This document shows positions 36,901 through 45,744 of a DNA stretch of 63,679 nt, piece after piece. Source of the stretch: a virus (Duplodnaviria; Caudoviricetes); the IMG/VR virus record IMGVR_UViG_3300030102_005966, positions 1-63,679 of that record, one strand, 5' to 3'. Below the pieces are notes generated by a model. That model did not search any database. It was not told where the DNA came from and saw only the letters and a list, made by a program, of their open reading frames with translations. The position numbers and the translations under genes are program-made. The stretch's first letter is position 1, and each line of letters begins with the position of its first letter.

Positions 36901-39900
36901 TTCCACTTGCTAACGTCATAGTCGTTACGAAAATCAAATGGATTGTCTGATTTTATCCCAACTTGATATAAGTCCGTAGGACGGAAAGACACAACACCAA
37001 CATCGGAGGTCACTACAGAAGCTTCCGGGTCAGAGGCAAAACCTACCGAGGTAGCTCCTACCTTCTGTAAAGCCGTTGGGTTACCAGTGAATCCAGCCTC
37101 CTCCCATACTTTTTTGTTAAAGCTTCCTTCTAACGCCTGTCGCCTAAGATACTGTTCAGCAGGGAGCCTTGTAGTTATGCCCTGCAGGGCATAATCGGGG
37201 TCATCAACCAATTCGGCTAACCTCCTCTCGTATTCTTTAGTTATAAAGGGAGCTAGTTGCGCCTGAACCTTCGGAGGAAGTAAAGTAAGTGATCTTATGT
37301 CGTATCCCCTAGCCTCTCGCACATCTGTCCATATGCCTGCAAACCTCCATGATTTCCATTCTTGAGCAAACTTTATATCGGGGGCGGCAGAAAAACCATC
37401 ATTCTCCGTCCGGAACTTTGATGGCGGGTTAAACAAGGCATTAGTCCCGTGCCAAAAAGATGTCTGCATCCCCGCCGCTTTTTGGTTCTTCGTTACCTCC
37501 ATAGAGAGTGTAGCGAAAGACCTGTTGTTATCTACACTCCACGCCTCAAGGACATCGTTAAAGGTAGCAATAGCTGTTTGCTCACGCAGATAAGCTTTAA
37601 CTTTAGCTAAGCCTGCCTCTACCTTAGTGCGGAATGCTCCGTTACGTTTGACTGTGGGGTCGTCTTCTTCAACAGCTTTAATAATTGCCTCGGCGGAAAG
37701 GTTAATCTGCGCTGGGTTAACTTTCCCAGCGGTGGCGGCGATTGGCTCTAAAGGTAGTATAGTATCAGCGGTTTCTTGCGCTTCGGTATTTTCACGCAAA
37801 ACTTGATCGAGAGACTTAAAATCGCCCGATACACCATTATAAAGGTCATGAAGAATTACTGTAGGGTATTGCAAACCCAAGTCTTTCCAAAGATACGCAG
37901 GTCCGAATGCCTTATAATCATTAGATGTTACTGAGGAGAACCACAAAGGTTTATCTTCTTCAAAAGCTTGAGCTGCCTCTGCATAACGTGCGTCGAACCT
38001 ATCTTGTAATGAGTCATCGCCGTTGTCCCCATTAAGAGCAGTTCGCCATGCCTTGTGTCCTTCTTCCAACGTATCAGCCACAATGGAGGACTTACGTGCC
38101 TCAATCGAAGAAGGTGTAATCCGGCGAGCGGCTGGGACAATTTCTCCTCGGGTGTCGAGAAGTATCGGAGGAACGGAGGCTCCCTCAAAACCAGCAGCAG
38201 AAAGTTTTTTGGATAGAAAGTCTTTAAGCTTAGTGGTCGATTTAGGGTTATTCCGAATCCAATTCTGAACTGCCCGGTTACGGTCGTAATCAGTGTGGCT
38301 ATTATTTAAGGACACTTGCAGGTCGTCATCGCCTTTATCCCCTGTTAAAGCTTTTGAATAAACAGCATCTTCCGCACCTGTAAGCGCAGCTGTCCCCGCA
38401 AAAAACTTATCGCGTAGCGCAAACAAACTGTCTGCCGGATTAGCTGGGTCAAAAGTAAGAACACCAGGGTCATACCGATACCCGTTTTGCATCGCATGGT
38501 ATTCCTCCTCGATTGATTTGAGAGCAGCTTCATACCTAGGATTGTTTCGTTTGAAACGAGATGCCACTGACATACGGGCATACATACGCTGTAGTGCGTG
38601 TTTCATCACTTTAAACAGTGATGGCTTCTGGCTAAAGAAACGCTGAGCATCTTCCGTAGTAGCTCCGTTAACTCTTATTTGAAGTTGCTGGCGCAGGAAC
38701 TCATCCATTAAAAGACGCTTTCGGTTTGCTACTACTTCAGGGTCTTCGGACTGGAGTTCTGCAGTTAGCTCCGCTAAATCTTCCTTAGACCTATTTGCGT
38801 AATAAGCCTCTGCCATTTCCACAAACTCTCGATCTGTAGTCTCATCAATTAAGGCATCTAACTCTGACTGACTTACCGACTCAACAGCAGCAACGTGTAT
38901 GATTTCTTCGTCCCAAATGTAGTCAACAATCTTCTGCAGGTTATGGTTACCCATATCCCCCGCCTCTTCTAGAAACAGTCGTTGAATTAAATTATCGGGG
39001 CTTACGTATACAGTTCCTAAGGATTGATACATGACATTACCTTGGGTAGCCATGCTGTCAGGCATCAACGCTATTCTTACATGGTGTCGGTAAGCAAGTC
39101 CATTAAGCCTTTTGGATACAACCTTAACAAGTTGGTTAGCCCTGCGGAGAGTGGTGGGTGACCATCCTTTTATAGGTTCTCCCTTTGATGTCGTAGACGA
39201 CATCAAAGCAGATTGCATTGCCCCCTCAAACTCATTTGTCCAGTTGCGTCTATCGGCTCGGATATCCTTAATAACTTTAGGTGTAGGAGCTGGGGTGGTC
39301 GTAGGAGTTACTACTTCGGGAGTTGACTCAACTTCAGAAGCCGTTCCTGCAAAAGCATCAACAGCCGCATAACCGTCGGCGGCTTGTGTAATAGCCTCAT
39401 TAGCTGCCGCTTCAAGAGCCGTAGTAAATGATAAAGCGTTTTCGTTGCTTGACCTTTGAATAGGTAAAGCGAATGAAGTGACTTGCTCTAAAGCTTCCCG
39501 ATATCTACTTACCTGTCCGGGCTGTATGTTTAGATTAAATACTCTAAGAATAGCATCAAGGACTCGTCTAAAAACATTCGGAGACGATTGGCTAGATAGA
39601 GCTTTTAGAACTCCTTGGAACTCCGGGGAAGTAAAAAGATGAGATATAAACTCGTCAACACTACCTAAAGCATCCGCGACAAGTGGGGTCATCATCCCGT
39701 TCTTTGATGCTTCCGTGGCAATTTCTGCCATTAAATTTTCGATGCCTTCAATCGCAGCTTGTTGCTCCGGGGTGATTACTGGAGCAGTGCTCCCCGGAGG
39801 TCTGTCAGCTCCTTCCGGAATACCCCTTACTATATCAGCCGTAAGGGCGTGTAAATATTCATGAAGAAGAACGCCGGAAACACCCGCCCCGTTATGACCA

Positions 39901-42900
39901 TTAACAAATATAGCTACCGTGTGGGTTCCGTCAGATGACTTTGTATACTTACCAGCTAGGTGTCCTTGCTGGGAACTTGTAAGGACGAACTTTACATTAC
40001 GTATAAAGTCTTCGCTGCGGAGCAGCATTTTAGCAGCCAGCTTACGAAGGGGGTCAGGATCAGTCGATTCAATTTTGCGTAAGGCAGATATAACTGTCTC
40101 AGGGTCGCCATTAACTAAACCTAATGTATCAATTTCGTTTAAGTTTTGCTCTAGGATAGCTTCTTCGTTTAGCTCAGTTACATACGAGTTAGCGAATAAC
40201 TCAAACGAAGCTGACCGCACCGACCGAACGAGGTTGGTTGTCTGCCTATCAGTTAAATCGGAGCGGAGAATACGTTTAGCGTATGCTCGCATAGACCCCA
40301 TGAATTCTGCATCTTCTTCGATATTACCGTAAACGGAATCAGAACCAGTCCAATACAACCGGAGTAAAGCAGCAAGCGGTCTGCCCTTCTTTCCGGGCAC
40401 GTTTGTTATAAAATCAAATAAAGCGTTTAGCTCAGTCCCTTCATTAGGTCCGGAAGTAGCCCAAGAGAACAAAACGCCTAAGGCGTCCTCATTTGAAAGG
40501 CTTTCAACGTAATCACGAGCGTCACCCCCATAAACACTACGGGTTAAGAAATTATTTATCTGCCCCCGCACTGACTGCACCTTGCCTAAGAGAGCAATAG
40601 AAGCGCGAGTTAACGGGATAAGAACCCTAGTGGATCGGCGGGGTAGCCCAGCCGCAACCATGGGTTCTACCAAAGCGTCAAGCTTTCGCTCTTGGGCAGT
40701 TGTATTAGACTCATCAAGGGGTTTCTTAGCTGCTTTCCATACTTTTACATTAGCGGCTTGTCTCCTGCGGTTCTGTAAATTTTGATACCTGTCCTTTACC
40801 CGAGTGGCAATAGCTGGGATATCCGGCATACGCCCCTCAGAAAAAAGAGAGTTATTTAATACAAAGTCACGTAAGAAAATATTTAAAACCGCATCGGGCT
40901 GCGTTGTCGGGTTACTTAAAACAGGAAGTGAATCAGCCACAACACGAGCTGTCCCGCTTTTACCGAGTTGAGTCCTCTGTAGCAAAGCAGGAATAGCTCC
41001 CGCCGTAGGAACAAGAAGCTCCCCTCTTTTGGTTTGCCGTGTCTCTACTAAGCCATCGGCAATTAACCCCTGTCTAAGAGACAACAAGTGAAGCATTAAC
41101 TGAGCTTCTAACTTAACCGCAGACTCAGCATGAGAAGCAGCATCTTTACGCAGACGAGTGCGCTCCCCCTCAGCGGGCTGAGCAGGACGCAGAAGGTTTT
41201 CAAGGATGGAGGGATCGGAATCAAAGTATTGACGGAGAGACCCTATTGCCATTTCGACAGGAACCGATTCCCCGTCTTCGACCATTACAGTGTCCCCCTC
41301 GTTATTGATAGTATAGGCTCCCTTACCCACATCATAAGATGAGACACCAAATAAGCTTACCAGTCTTCCTAGTTGAGCAAGCGTATTGTCATATGTAGGT
41401 AGTGGCTCTCTAACTACATTTAGGGATACTACAGTGCCTCCTTGGACAACCCCTTTAACTAGACCCGTTGAGTCGTCAAAAAGGATTGCAGGGTTGACTT
41501 GGTCAGTTCCCCTAGGAACTCGGACAGGAACCCCATGAGCAAGTAGCAAAGATACTGTTGCAGGATCATTGTCAAATACCCCTAGACCTTCGGAGTCCAC
41601 ATAAGCACGTATCTTTCCATCTTCGTCCCGTATAACTTTTTTATCAGATCCCTTAAGACCTTTGTAACCCCGTGCTGGGCTTACTTTAACTTTTGGATAC
41701 TTTTCGTTTATTTTCTCAGCGAGAAGCTCTGTCTTTTGCTTATAGTAATTAGCAGGATACTTACTCCTAGAGGGCATCCCCCGCTCCCCCGGCTTTAGCT
41801 CAACGAGTTCACCCGAATGGACTAAAGCATTAAAAGCTAATACTTCGGCGGCAGTATATCTATCGTCTATAAATTCTTCTTTTGTAAGCTTCTTACGTGT
41901 AGTTGCTTTTTTCTTAGCTTTCTTAGCTTTCTTAGCTTTCTTAGCTGCTTTCTTCTTAGCTGATTTTTTCTTATCCCCTACCTGAAGTTCGTTCAGCCTC
42001 TGTTCAGCTTCATCTTCACTCTCAGCCGCTACGTCATCACTAGATATCTCAAGCTGGGCAGCTGTATCTTCACGAGAACTAGGAACGGCTTGCTCAGGTT
42101 TGTTCTTTTCAGCTAACTCAGCGGCACTAAGATTTTCTGATCCCTTTAAATGGTCAACTGCAGTTCCTACTGGATCAGTTTCGGCACTATCGTCTACCGA
42201 TACCACAGGAACATCAGCCGTCGTAGCTGCTTCAGATGTTATGGGCTCGCTTTCCTGTATGTCGTTAAGGACAGAATTAGTAATAACGCTTCGAGCCCCA
42301 CGACCTAGTTTATATTTGGATTCTTTGTCCGCTTTCTTTTGCCTCTCTAACATGTCTATGGCTTGCGCCACAGACTCCGGGTTAACATTTTTGCGGAGTT
42401 CACCCAAAAGCTCCATCATGTCTTCGTCAGAAGTAGACTTAGGAGGAGCTGTATTAGCATCCGGAGTTGTGTTTTCAATCTCTCTGTCGATGCGCTCAAT
42501 TTCTTTTGACGCTCTAGCAAACCCTTTTTCTTGCTGCTCTCTCTTAGCCTTAAATTCAGCAGGTAGCGAGGATCGGAACACCGCTATCTTATTCATTTGC
42601 TCAGCTAACGTAAGAGCCTGCCCCGTCCATTCTCCCGTGTATGGGTTTCTCACTCCAATTATAACCCCACTATCCGTGACATTATAATCCGGGTCATTAG
42701 TAACAGCCGCGACAGAGTCTTCATTTTCCAGCCGAGGAAGAAGCTCCTGTTGTTCTTTGGTAAACTCTTGAGAGACTTCTGAGTCCGCAGTCTCCAGCTC
42801 TTTGCGTAAGGGAGCCAGTGCAGAATGCAGCATATCCCAATGAGTAAATCTTTGCTTTGAATCAAAATGCCGGAACTGCTCTTCCTCTTCCACTAACTCA

Positions 42901-45728
42901 GTGGTTGCCGCCTTAGCAAGCATCTCTCCCTCTGCCCCTTCTGCCATGGGTATCATCTGATCCGCTCTAGGCTGCAAAGCAGGTTTAATAATATCGTTAC
43001 TCCGTTGCCTGCCTTGAGACATAGGAACAATACTGGCTCCTTGAACCATGGCTCGGGTAAACCTATCGAAGTATTCTGCAGAATACATCGAACCGGACTC
43101 CTTCAGAGCACTTAAAACTTTGTCTGTTACGACATCACGGTATTGAGAAATTTCATCCCGCACACGCCGGAGCCCCAACTTTTTAGAAGTAGCAGCTAGT
43201 GAAGACTGCAGAGTTGTAGTTGCTCCAGCGGTGACTCCACCAAGAGCCGCCGCCATTAAGGTGCCCGTCAACCACTCCCCAAAGGAAAGTTTCTCGTTGG
43301 TTGCATGTGCAACAAGGGGTTGATTAATGGCTTCATCCAAACCTTCTTCTAAACTTTCCCACCACACATCCCCCGTTAGTAATTTAAGTGACCTTATAAC
43401 AGAAGGAATAATACCTTTGGATGCAAGTTCTTCTGTAAGTAGAGCAGCCGCTACCTCACGGGTTTTTTGGTCGTCAAACCTCTTAGACCCTTTGAGCATT
43501 TTATTGAGGACATACCCCATTTCCTTGCCTGTCAGCCGCTTCTCAAGAGCCCTTTCTAGTCCACCTCTTCCTAGTGCACTAAAAGCACCTGTTATAGATG
43601 CAGTTATAAACCCAGCTAGTAACCCAGTGCCAACTGCTTTTTCATGAATTTCTTCATGAGTCATGTCGGGATTGGCTTCCTTAAGTGAAGTGTATACAAC
43701 CGAATAAGTTGAACTGGAACTCCGGACAAAAGCAGGAACCATAGCTCCCGCGACAGTGGTAACTCCTTTAGATCCTTTTATAGTAGTAAACGTCTTTCCA
43801 ACATGAGTCCAAAAAGGAAGAAGGTCTCCCTTCATCACTTGTTTAGAGGTTGCATTTAACCCCTTTGCAACCGTAGTAGCCCCTTGAGCTGAAACTTTTA
43901 CAGACGCCGAGAGCATCTCGTCCACCGCTCCTCTTCCTAGTTTAGTAGCCGGGGCTGTAAGTGAAGTCTTAACAACAGATGACTGAGCACCTCTTCTTCC
44001 CAGTCCCGTTACAGCCGCTTTTCCTGCCGCTTTTAAAGTCTGTTTAAGAGCAACCCCACCTGCAACAGCTGCCGCACCAGTTCCTGCCGTAGCTACGGTA
44101 GCTACAACACCCGCAAAAATGTCAACAATAGCCGGAAGTAAAGTTTCGACAGCAGATACACCAAAACCCCAGCCACCTTCCCAGTGACCAAACATGTTGG
44201 CTACTTGCCTGCGCCGAGCAGCATCCGCCTGAACCTCTGCTATATACTCACGGGCTCCTTCGCTTTCAAATGCAATAGCAGGGATTGCAGCCGCTAACGA
44301 ACCGAAGCCTCCGTGGACAACTGTATCGAACGCCATCCCACCGAAGTTCTCAAGGTTGTCGTAGTTGTCAGGGTTAGCTAGGAATGTATCAAAAATCTCT
44401 AAGGGGTCGGTAACTCCAGCCACTGCTGCTGCTTCTTTGTGTGCCAACCATTGTTCAGAAGTTGCTGCCGTATCAGTTAGTAGGGTGCCGTAGTGTTCGT
44501 AGGTATTACGTAAAAATGACTCCCGTTGAGTGCGTAAAAGCTTTTTCTGAAAGGGGGTATATTTTTTAGACGACTCTACTGCGTTTTCAAAGACATCCTT
44601 CTTTAACATCAAAGAAGGATGGGCGGCAACCCCCATCGGACCAGTTACCCGGATACTGTCTTCAGGGTTATCCCCAGCTTCGTATTTAAAAAAATCGTCC
44701 CGTTGAACTGATTCCATGGTGACCTGCATCTGCAGCCACTCTTTTACCACTTCCGGTGAATAAGAAGTCCACTTTAAGTAGGGATCAATACCTTTCTTAG
44801 TAAACGATTTGTTGGACTCATAGCCACGCTCTTCATCACGAGCATCAGCTAGGGCAGATATTATCCGTTTTACAGCACCTGACCGGACTGTAACATCTTG
44901 AACATTCTCCTCATCCAATCCACCTTCAAGAACATCAAAGATTAAGTTTGCCCGTCTTAAGGCTCTCTCATTATCTTTCGTAGGGGACTCACTGATCCGC
45001 TCCATTATGGACTGAATAGCGGAGCCTACTGACTGCAACTCGGCAATACGCATCAGAGTAGCTTTACCCTCTGAACCCTCAACCTCTCCAGTGTGGGCAG
45101 TGACGTAAGGGAGGTCTGAAGACTTGAGTAATCCAGCGTCCAACGAATCTTGAACTGCTTTAGTGTATCCTACTGCCTCTACAACAGATGAGTTAGTAAT
45201 AATTCGTGGACCTTCTTCGGTAGCAATAGAAGCGAATGCAAATTTACCCCCACCCACTAAATCCTCAATAGACTCTTTGTATTGTTTATTAAGGTCAGCC
45301 TGTTGGTCGGGAGTCAGGTCGCTCAAGTCCTCCGCATTCCACACTTCGCCTCTCTTATAATCCCACTGATTAATTAGTGCGAGCTTTTCGTCGTTAACGG
45401 CAGGTAGTTCTGTTAACCCTTTGCTTTCAAAAAGACCAGTAGACTGCTCCTGCTCCGTCAACAAGTCGTTGGCTTGCAGCTCAGTGAACATTGTAGAGTG
45501 CAGTGCCACCTCATTAGAGTTAGTCCACTTGTGCCCTTTATTGATGTGGTCACGACGAACAAAATCAGCATAATCAAAAAGTTCATCTCTACCTGTAAGA
45601 GGGGACTCCGTTTCCGGTCGGGATGCCCGTAAATCAAGCAACGTCATAGAAGGCGAAAAAGGAACAGTTGGTGTCTGTTCCTTTGGGTTCGCCGGAGATG
45701 TGGTGGGTCGGCTAATATCAACTGACAT
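27912..45728 (-). CDS. Giant (5938 aa) polyvalent virion/ejection protein
   Basis: Uninterrupted ORF. Gly/Ala hydrophobic N-terminal segments; zincin LLHEYLH...DEF (~39.85 kb); ART-like FWHGT (~37.45 kb); HipA/PI-kinase-like GSNPGG...YYK...NE...NWD...N...IDPGG (~35.5-34.9 kb); AHIR...EEIQSDW domain (~33 kb); LPD38-like C-terminus. Confidence 0.8.
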   Translation of the reverse strand: MSVDISRPTTSPANPKEQTPTVPFSPSMTLLDLRASRPETESPLTGRDELFDYADFVRRDHINKGHKWTNSNEVALHSTMFTELQANDLLTEQEQSTGLFESKGLTELPAVNDEKLALINQWDYKRGEVWNAEDLSDLTPDQQADLNKQYKESIEDLVGGGKFAFASIATEEGPRIITNSSVVEAVGYTKAVQDSLDAGLLKSSDLPYVTAHTGEVEGSEGKATLMRIAELQSVGSAIQSIMERISESPTKDNERALRRANLIFDVLEGGLDEENVQDVTVRSGAVKRIISALADARDEERGYESNKSFTKKGIDPYLKWTSYSPEVVKEWLQMQVTMESVQRDDFFKYEAGDNPEDSIRVTGPMGVAAHPSLMLKKDVFENAVESSKKYTPFQKKLLRTQRESFLRNTYEHYGTLLTDTAATSEQWLAHKEAAAVAGVTDPLEIFDTFLANPDNYDNLENFGGMAFDTVVHGGFGSLAAAIPAIAFESEGAREYIAEVQADAARRRQVANMFGHWEGGWGFGVSAVETLLPAIVDIFAGVVATVATAGTGAAAVAGGVALKQTLKAAGKAAVTGLGRRGAQSSVVKTSLTAPATKLGRGAVDEMLSASVKVSAQGATTVAKGLNATSKQVMKGDLLPFWTHVGKTFTTIKGSKGVTTVAGAMVPAFVRSSSSTYSVVYTSLKEANPDMTHEEIHEKAVGTGLLAGFITASITGAFSALGRGGLERALEKRLTGKEMGYVLNKMLKGSKRFDDQKTREVAAALLTEELASKGIIPSVIRSLKLLTGDVWWESLEEGLDEAINQPLVAHATNEKLSFGEWLTGTLMAAALGGVTAGATTTLQSSLAATSKKLGLRRVRDEISQYRDVVTDKVLSALKESGSMYSAEYFDRFTRAMVQGASIVPMSQGRQRSNDIIKPALQPRADQMIPMAEGAEGEMLAKAATTELVEEEEQFRHFDSKQRFTHWDMLHSALAPLRKELETADSEVSQEFTKEQQELLPRLENEDSVAAVTNDPDYNVTDSGVIIGVRNPYTGEWTGQALTLAEQMNKIAVFRSSLPAEFKAKREQQEKGFARASKEIERIDREIENTTPDANTAPPKSTSDEDMMELLGELRKNVNPESVAQAIDMLERQKKADKESKYKLGRGARSVITNSVLNDIQESEPITSEAATTADVPVVSVDDSAETDPVGTAVDHLKGSENLSAAELAEKNKPEQAVPSSREDTAAQLEISSDDVAAESEDEAEQRLNELQVGDKKKSAKKKAAKKAKKAKKAKKKATTRKKLTKEEFIDDRYTAAEVLAFNALVHSGELVELKPGERGMPSRSKYPANYYKQKTELLAEKINEKYPKVKVSPARGYKGLKGSDKKVIRDEDGKIRAYVDSEGLGVFDNDPATVSLLLAHGVPVRVPRGTDQVNPAILFDDSTGLVKGVVQGGTVVSLNVVREPLPTYDNTLAQLGRLVSLFGVSSYDVGKGAYTINNEGDTVMVEDGESVPVEMAIGSLRQYFDSDPSILENLLRPAQPAEGERTRLRKDAASHAESAVKLEAQLMLHLLSLRQGLIADGLVETRQTKRGELLVPTAGAIPALLQRTQLGKSGTARVVADSLPVLSNPTTQPDAVLNIFLRDFVLNNSLFSEGRMPDIPAIATRVKDRYQNLQNRRRQAANVKVWKAAKKPLDESNTTAQERKLDALVEPMVAAGLPRRSTRVLIPLTRASIALLGKVQSVRGQINNFLTRSVYGGDARDYVESLSNEDALGVLFSWATSGPNEGTELNALFDFITNVPGKKGRPLAALLRLYWTGSDSVYGNIEEDAEFMGSMRAYAKRILRSDLTDRQTTNLVRSVRSASFELFANSYVTELNEEAILEQNLNEIDTLGLVNGDPETVISALRKIESTDPDPLRKLAAKMLLRSEDFIRNVKFVLTSSQQGHLAGKYTKSSDGTHTVAIFVNGHNGAGVSGVLLHEYLHALTADIVRGIPEGADRPPGSTAPVITPEQQAAIEGIENLMAEIATEASKNGMMTPLVADALGSVDEFISHLFTSPEFQGVLKALSSQSSPNVFRRVLDAILRVFNLNIQPGQVSRYREALEQVTSFALPIQRSSNENALSFTTALEAAANEAITQAADGYAAVDAFAGTASEVESTPEVVTPTTTPAPTPKVIKDIRADRRNWTNEFEGAMQSALMSSTTSKGEPIKGWSPTTLRRANQLVKVVSKRLNGLAYRHHVRIALMPDSMATQGNVMYQSLGTVYVSPDNLIQRLFLEEAGDMGNHNLQKIVDYIWDEEIIHVAAVESVSQSELDALIDETTDREFVEMAEAYYANRSKEDLAELTAELQSEDPEVVANRKRLLMDEFLRQQLQIRVNGATTEDAQRFFSQKPSLFKVMKHALQRMYARMSVASRFKRNNPRYEAALKSIEEEYHAMQNGYRYDPGVLTFDPANPADSLFALRDKFFAGTAALTGAEDAVYSKALTGDKGDDDLQVSLNNSHTDYDRNRAVQNWIRNNPKSTTKLKDFLSKKLSAAGFEGASVPPILLDTRGEIVPAARRITPSSIEARKSSIVADTLEEGHKAWRTALNGDNGDDSLQDRFDARYAEAAQAFEEDKPLWFSSVTSNDYKAFGPAYLWKDLGLQYPTVILHDLYNGVSGDFKSLDQVLRENTEAQETADTILPLEPIAATAGKVNPAQINLSAEAIIKAVEEDDPTVKRNGAFRTKVEAGLAKVKAYLREQTAIATFNDVLEAWSVDNNRSFATLSMEVTKNQKAAGMQTSFWHGTNALFNPPSKFRTENDGFSAAPDIKFAQEWKSWRFAGIWTDVREARGYDIRSLTLLPPKVQAQLAPFITKEYERRLAELVDDPDYALQGITTRLPAEQYLRRQALEGSFNKKVWEEAGFTGNPTALQKVGATSVGFASDPEASVVTSDVGVVSFRPTDLYQVGIKSDNPFDFRNDYDVSKWNDTLIERDSKRAMDNFEENKKLLEALNEQDFLIHQLEGRLEDYSMGVEEDDSVAAEEIAKEKESLQRERIGDAGPPVEQTLSEVFANTNNINESEMDSFIKYRATSVQDVVAEFRSLLSQELDHIKDRYLNGKTLEALRGGSFYSWENASVAEEAGATTVRMYEDWQSDPAEGMSPNIWVPFFSPEGKVDENFNPIEPKPWNKDRVHSSNLIKNSAGATINTDTLKIVDIEERNNFHTSDMNRTSLRASTGAADFVFRSITMSGDFGGDNLESEIKAGTPRTAHKAISAWLARNPVSAERLDLINDKVSKEARYSLTGEGYISEDPDTPTIQAGTILTSVFGDIMLPTARFGNDLKPLDDEVLDDLRKGRGPIAEEVKIAKYIQDLQDAHSIGFKYAPSETSADLFDELQTEDDRKPIKNWQLSSVALGGRQTFASSERREYGDMGLDTDFDISDLYLHPRHSPDESKWERIGGQLGSNPGGLYTTKDGTTFYYKESQSRDHAGNEMLASLLYRVTKSTTVPLYFVELDGKLGTASEWVPELKAFDTNNPEHVESAQQDFAAHAWLANWDAVGLVADNLMMQPVVDAKGKQIGVDVATHIDPGGALEYRAQGAPKGEAWNDEVTEWESLRDPSMNEMSAKVFGGMSDADLKRSARRVAAVKEDTIDTLVDTLFKTGNEPMKAMLKQRRLNLLRKAGISEELNTSIRATRRGPSFVSSLDKDTQETYWYSKAAKAVEESNWAKKGLDWNQVRAIFFQQGVPQSEFEFLVDRGLEAAFNPELNTDRAQEDRDEKGSVIRGAGKVLKQEVLDFISDNNLKIVDVERSHRFSLRKGDTGVELVDVPLTDDDPKLDSEPVYIRANEALYDFLADDFGAEFDVFTREKVANLRTQIETQTFTISGATAFLEGLRESYQSFDDGEMARNFVLAAQNKTITNAVLTRTEPLFNSHEQLEILDGLTVELIVHRLVNLRKAFSGGDTQLIRKLETEEDFDLATEIMEYNPVSTQGVLLDLGKFTIPEEGELKDLKNYLKQPIPDYLEADMEFAVGGWIASDNRKDVVIKDSDTHYQPQAIFDTSTLSRLAIEYTFYEDLISNRIQDSYADETVARDVLSIDWKTGKVTANTGEVLIEGVMKGYAEGDPLAPQEIDPTATEFRIDPETGEYTTPTSPEREDVPIGELRRGDASPVEEAHFHRTVGYHDYVLEHSRHLAPAMGAPFEDSEDYQAWELRRGKRGEKPYKEILLTIPRDPDTAAHTSRHFGKKAVMGSGVDTAFDEDAYNILAHIRLTERETPDGSLALHVEEIQSDWVSDSRGVDRKQSQLASLLGEEYGTHEFIEGLSVGMQHFNVITASGLVGNVAQNTTHLEWSEKGTGDQLVSLDTTTKEARSTKPPKRYNDKYAEKALERVLSFALKNGKYDYLTWSTGEHIVDSFESDAERFNVQGVEWNIIEGDNITSGVGASSPRVVIRAKGRPPTLLSTDQQGNIPDTPDEPLSISMMAPLNPEGDGFHIRFKPLTFTSAGKPKKQQEWRQAIARYPDTAKGNSELYQNFLTGGDVENIGELVFVSEESIQKQAKKIPNLKKLMGVLEGYKKLASSRSANVVKNHGNLAVPTNNIDDFLLGISPRLQKELAKVAEPTELYQFEKLLNMVGSWMGKADVQGTAQMFFGKEPEPHEVLTEVVLKGGNKVGHLIQTPTVDPTSRRQSGSLFRGSLVFNGAITETQGGARSYENELNYEKEIRTVPHSVMASKVGDDLLNHIRKEVAAGNKSGSIQRGEGVNLQYGGNIHRQNYNQRFPRALSQLTGVKRGEGINMVSADELPRSYYPDEISEQEEGGTVFVDIFNPGPAPHETLMAIHEQSLGGVESAPSEMSWNQKLRGRYTAAHSLRLSEVREKKAKVLIDSGASLHSSMKADPANQFRSKPTDQSHIPLDIGSGRVDFGTSAKKLLEIPFFHTGDYEKPGWAIFQGELDRRITDLDDNRRGFQRAVGAVVKQYKTKLDKLLKKSFGSVEGADATLLSAAIGDSEGAYVSQEDLAIIETDYATSIEAIGTRQKAGDITYDQALALYQTAQDDRISKIKAKEEAVALGLHEKKANALYTLERLPNGKELVNHLVSLRNLLDDLSSEVSSLYNLGGGMKAHFDANMGIYLTRAYKMFTEADWGKRVMEDSEFHKVRSMAADFFEDQFREATVKRLMDSSKMSESEAKAEADEELANYKRLNQGNTYGMNAAQEYVDSFEYQDNKAKRYGEGSPFKPLIDNIRKRKEVPPALRKLLGEYDESSNLDNLFRSIMTVGTMASNQAFLRHSATIGRKSGWLLTRAELDEKIREARESDNLVEATKYEKFIPVRGRQSLGGAARSAKYDPFTNFIDEEGHNRGELFGPPELADGLNAHFSKAVRKSQVNSAENYMQKALEVASRTTGLSMAFKTLGSAGFYLRNALSNLIYFGPMQGLAPGAGITKLLTETGRELGTIVGMDTKPLDDYRMRLHALNIIGDDVNTNLISDLLTGTKSVDSMTSDLDRLLKNSEKLLSKTKKALWEVPLEKAKDISFAIDAAHKIAYFEHELKTLKKGRDHANRVSDGSNLQNRTDDELERMAAKKVLMTSQSYSQTLPIVKAFQDKWLHVFHSPFLRFKTEVPRITVNTFKLALQEMKSGNAVEKARGRWRFVGASGTLGVMGIGASYLLKGILGFGDEEDEFMRAGVPEYARDNTFFYLPNKKEGEKPKMFDLTFINPFAVILDPLLRGVESLLNNREGDVFADILGTLTFDIFADEQIMWGTLYNAFYRNIDPMTGNPIYESIDLPSEKSKKLINFIYRDAFEPKMLKAVNRAWDVRGEDFEDWEYTSTGVIAQEIRPFKIHDVDAPKLFSRFLGDMRGTYDRIRSKKNRLFSETREFTESEIRQMARDEYKGLVRLHDDMVRKIRGGEKAGLTKERAFSMMKEANVSNQRLNMLYKNSVGRIPPTRDFIQNILSKPALRDGKGRRRLDIYLDEFSKLPRVEEVGK

Positions 45729-45744
45729 GTATCTAAATAGATTA

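Noticed and set aside
28087-45360. Many plus-strand ORFs within the giant gene, and similar antisense ORFs over capsid, scaffold, vWA and terL
   Set aside because: Shadow frames of long genes, Ser-rich, with no start signals or motifs
27912-45728. Giant protein as an N4-like or crAss-like virion RNA polymerase
   Set aside because: I found neither a DxDGD-type motif nor the single-subunit RNAP motif set by eye; recognisable motifs are peptidase, ART-like and kinase. A structure search is still needed to exclude it.
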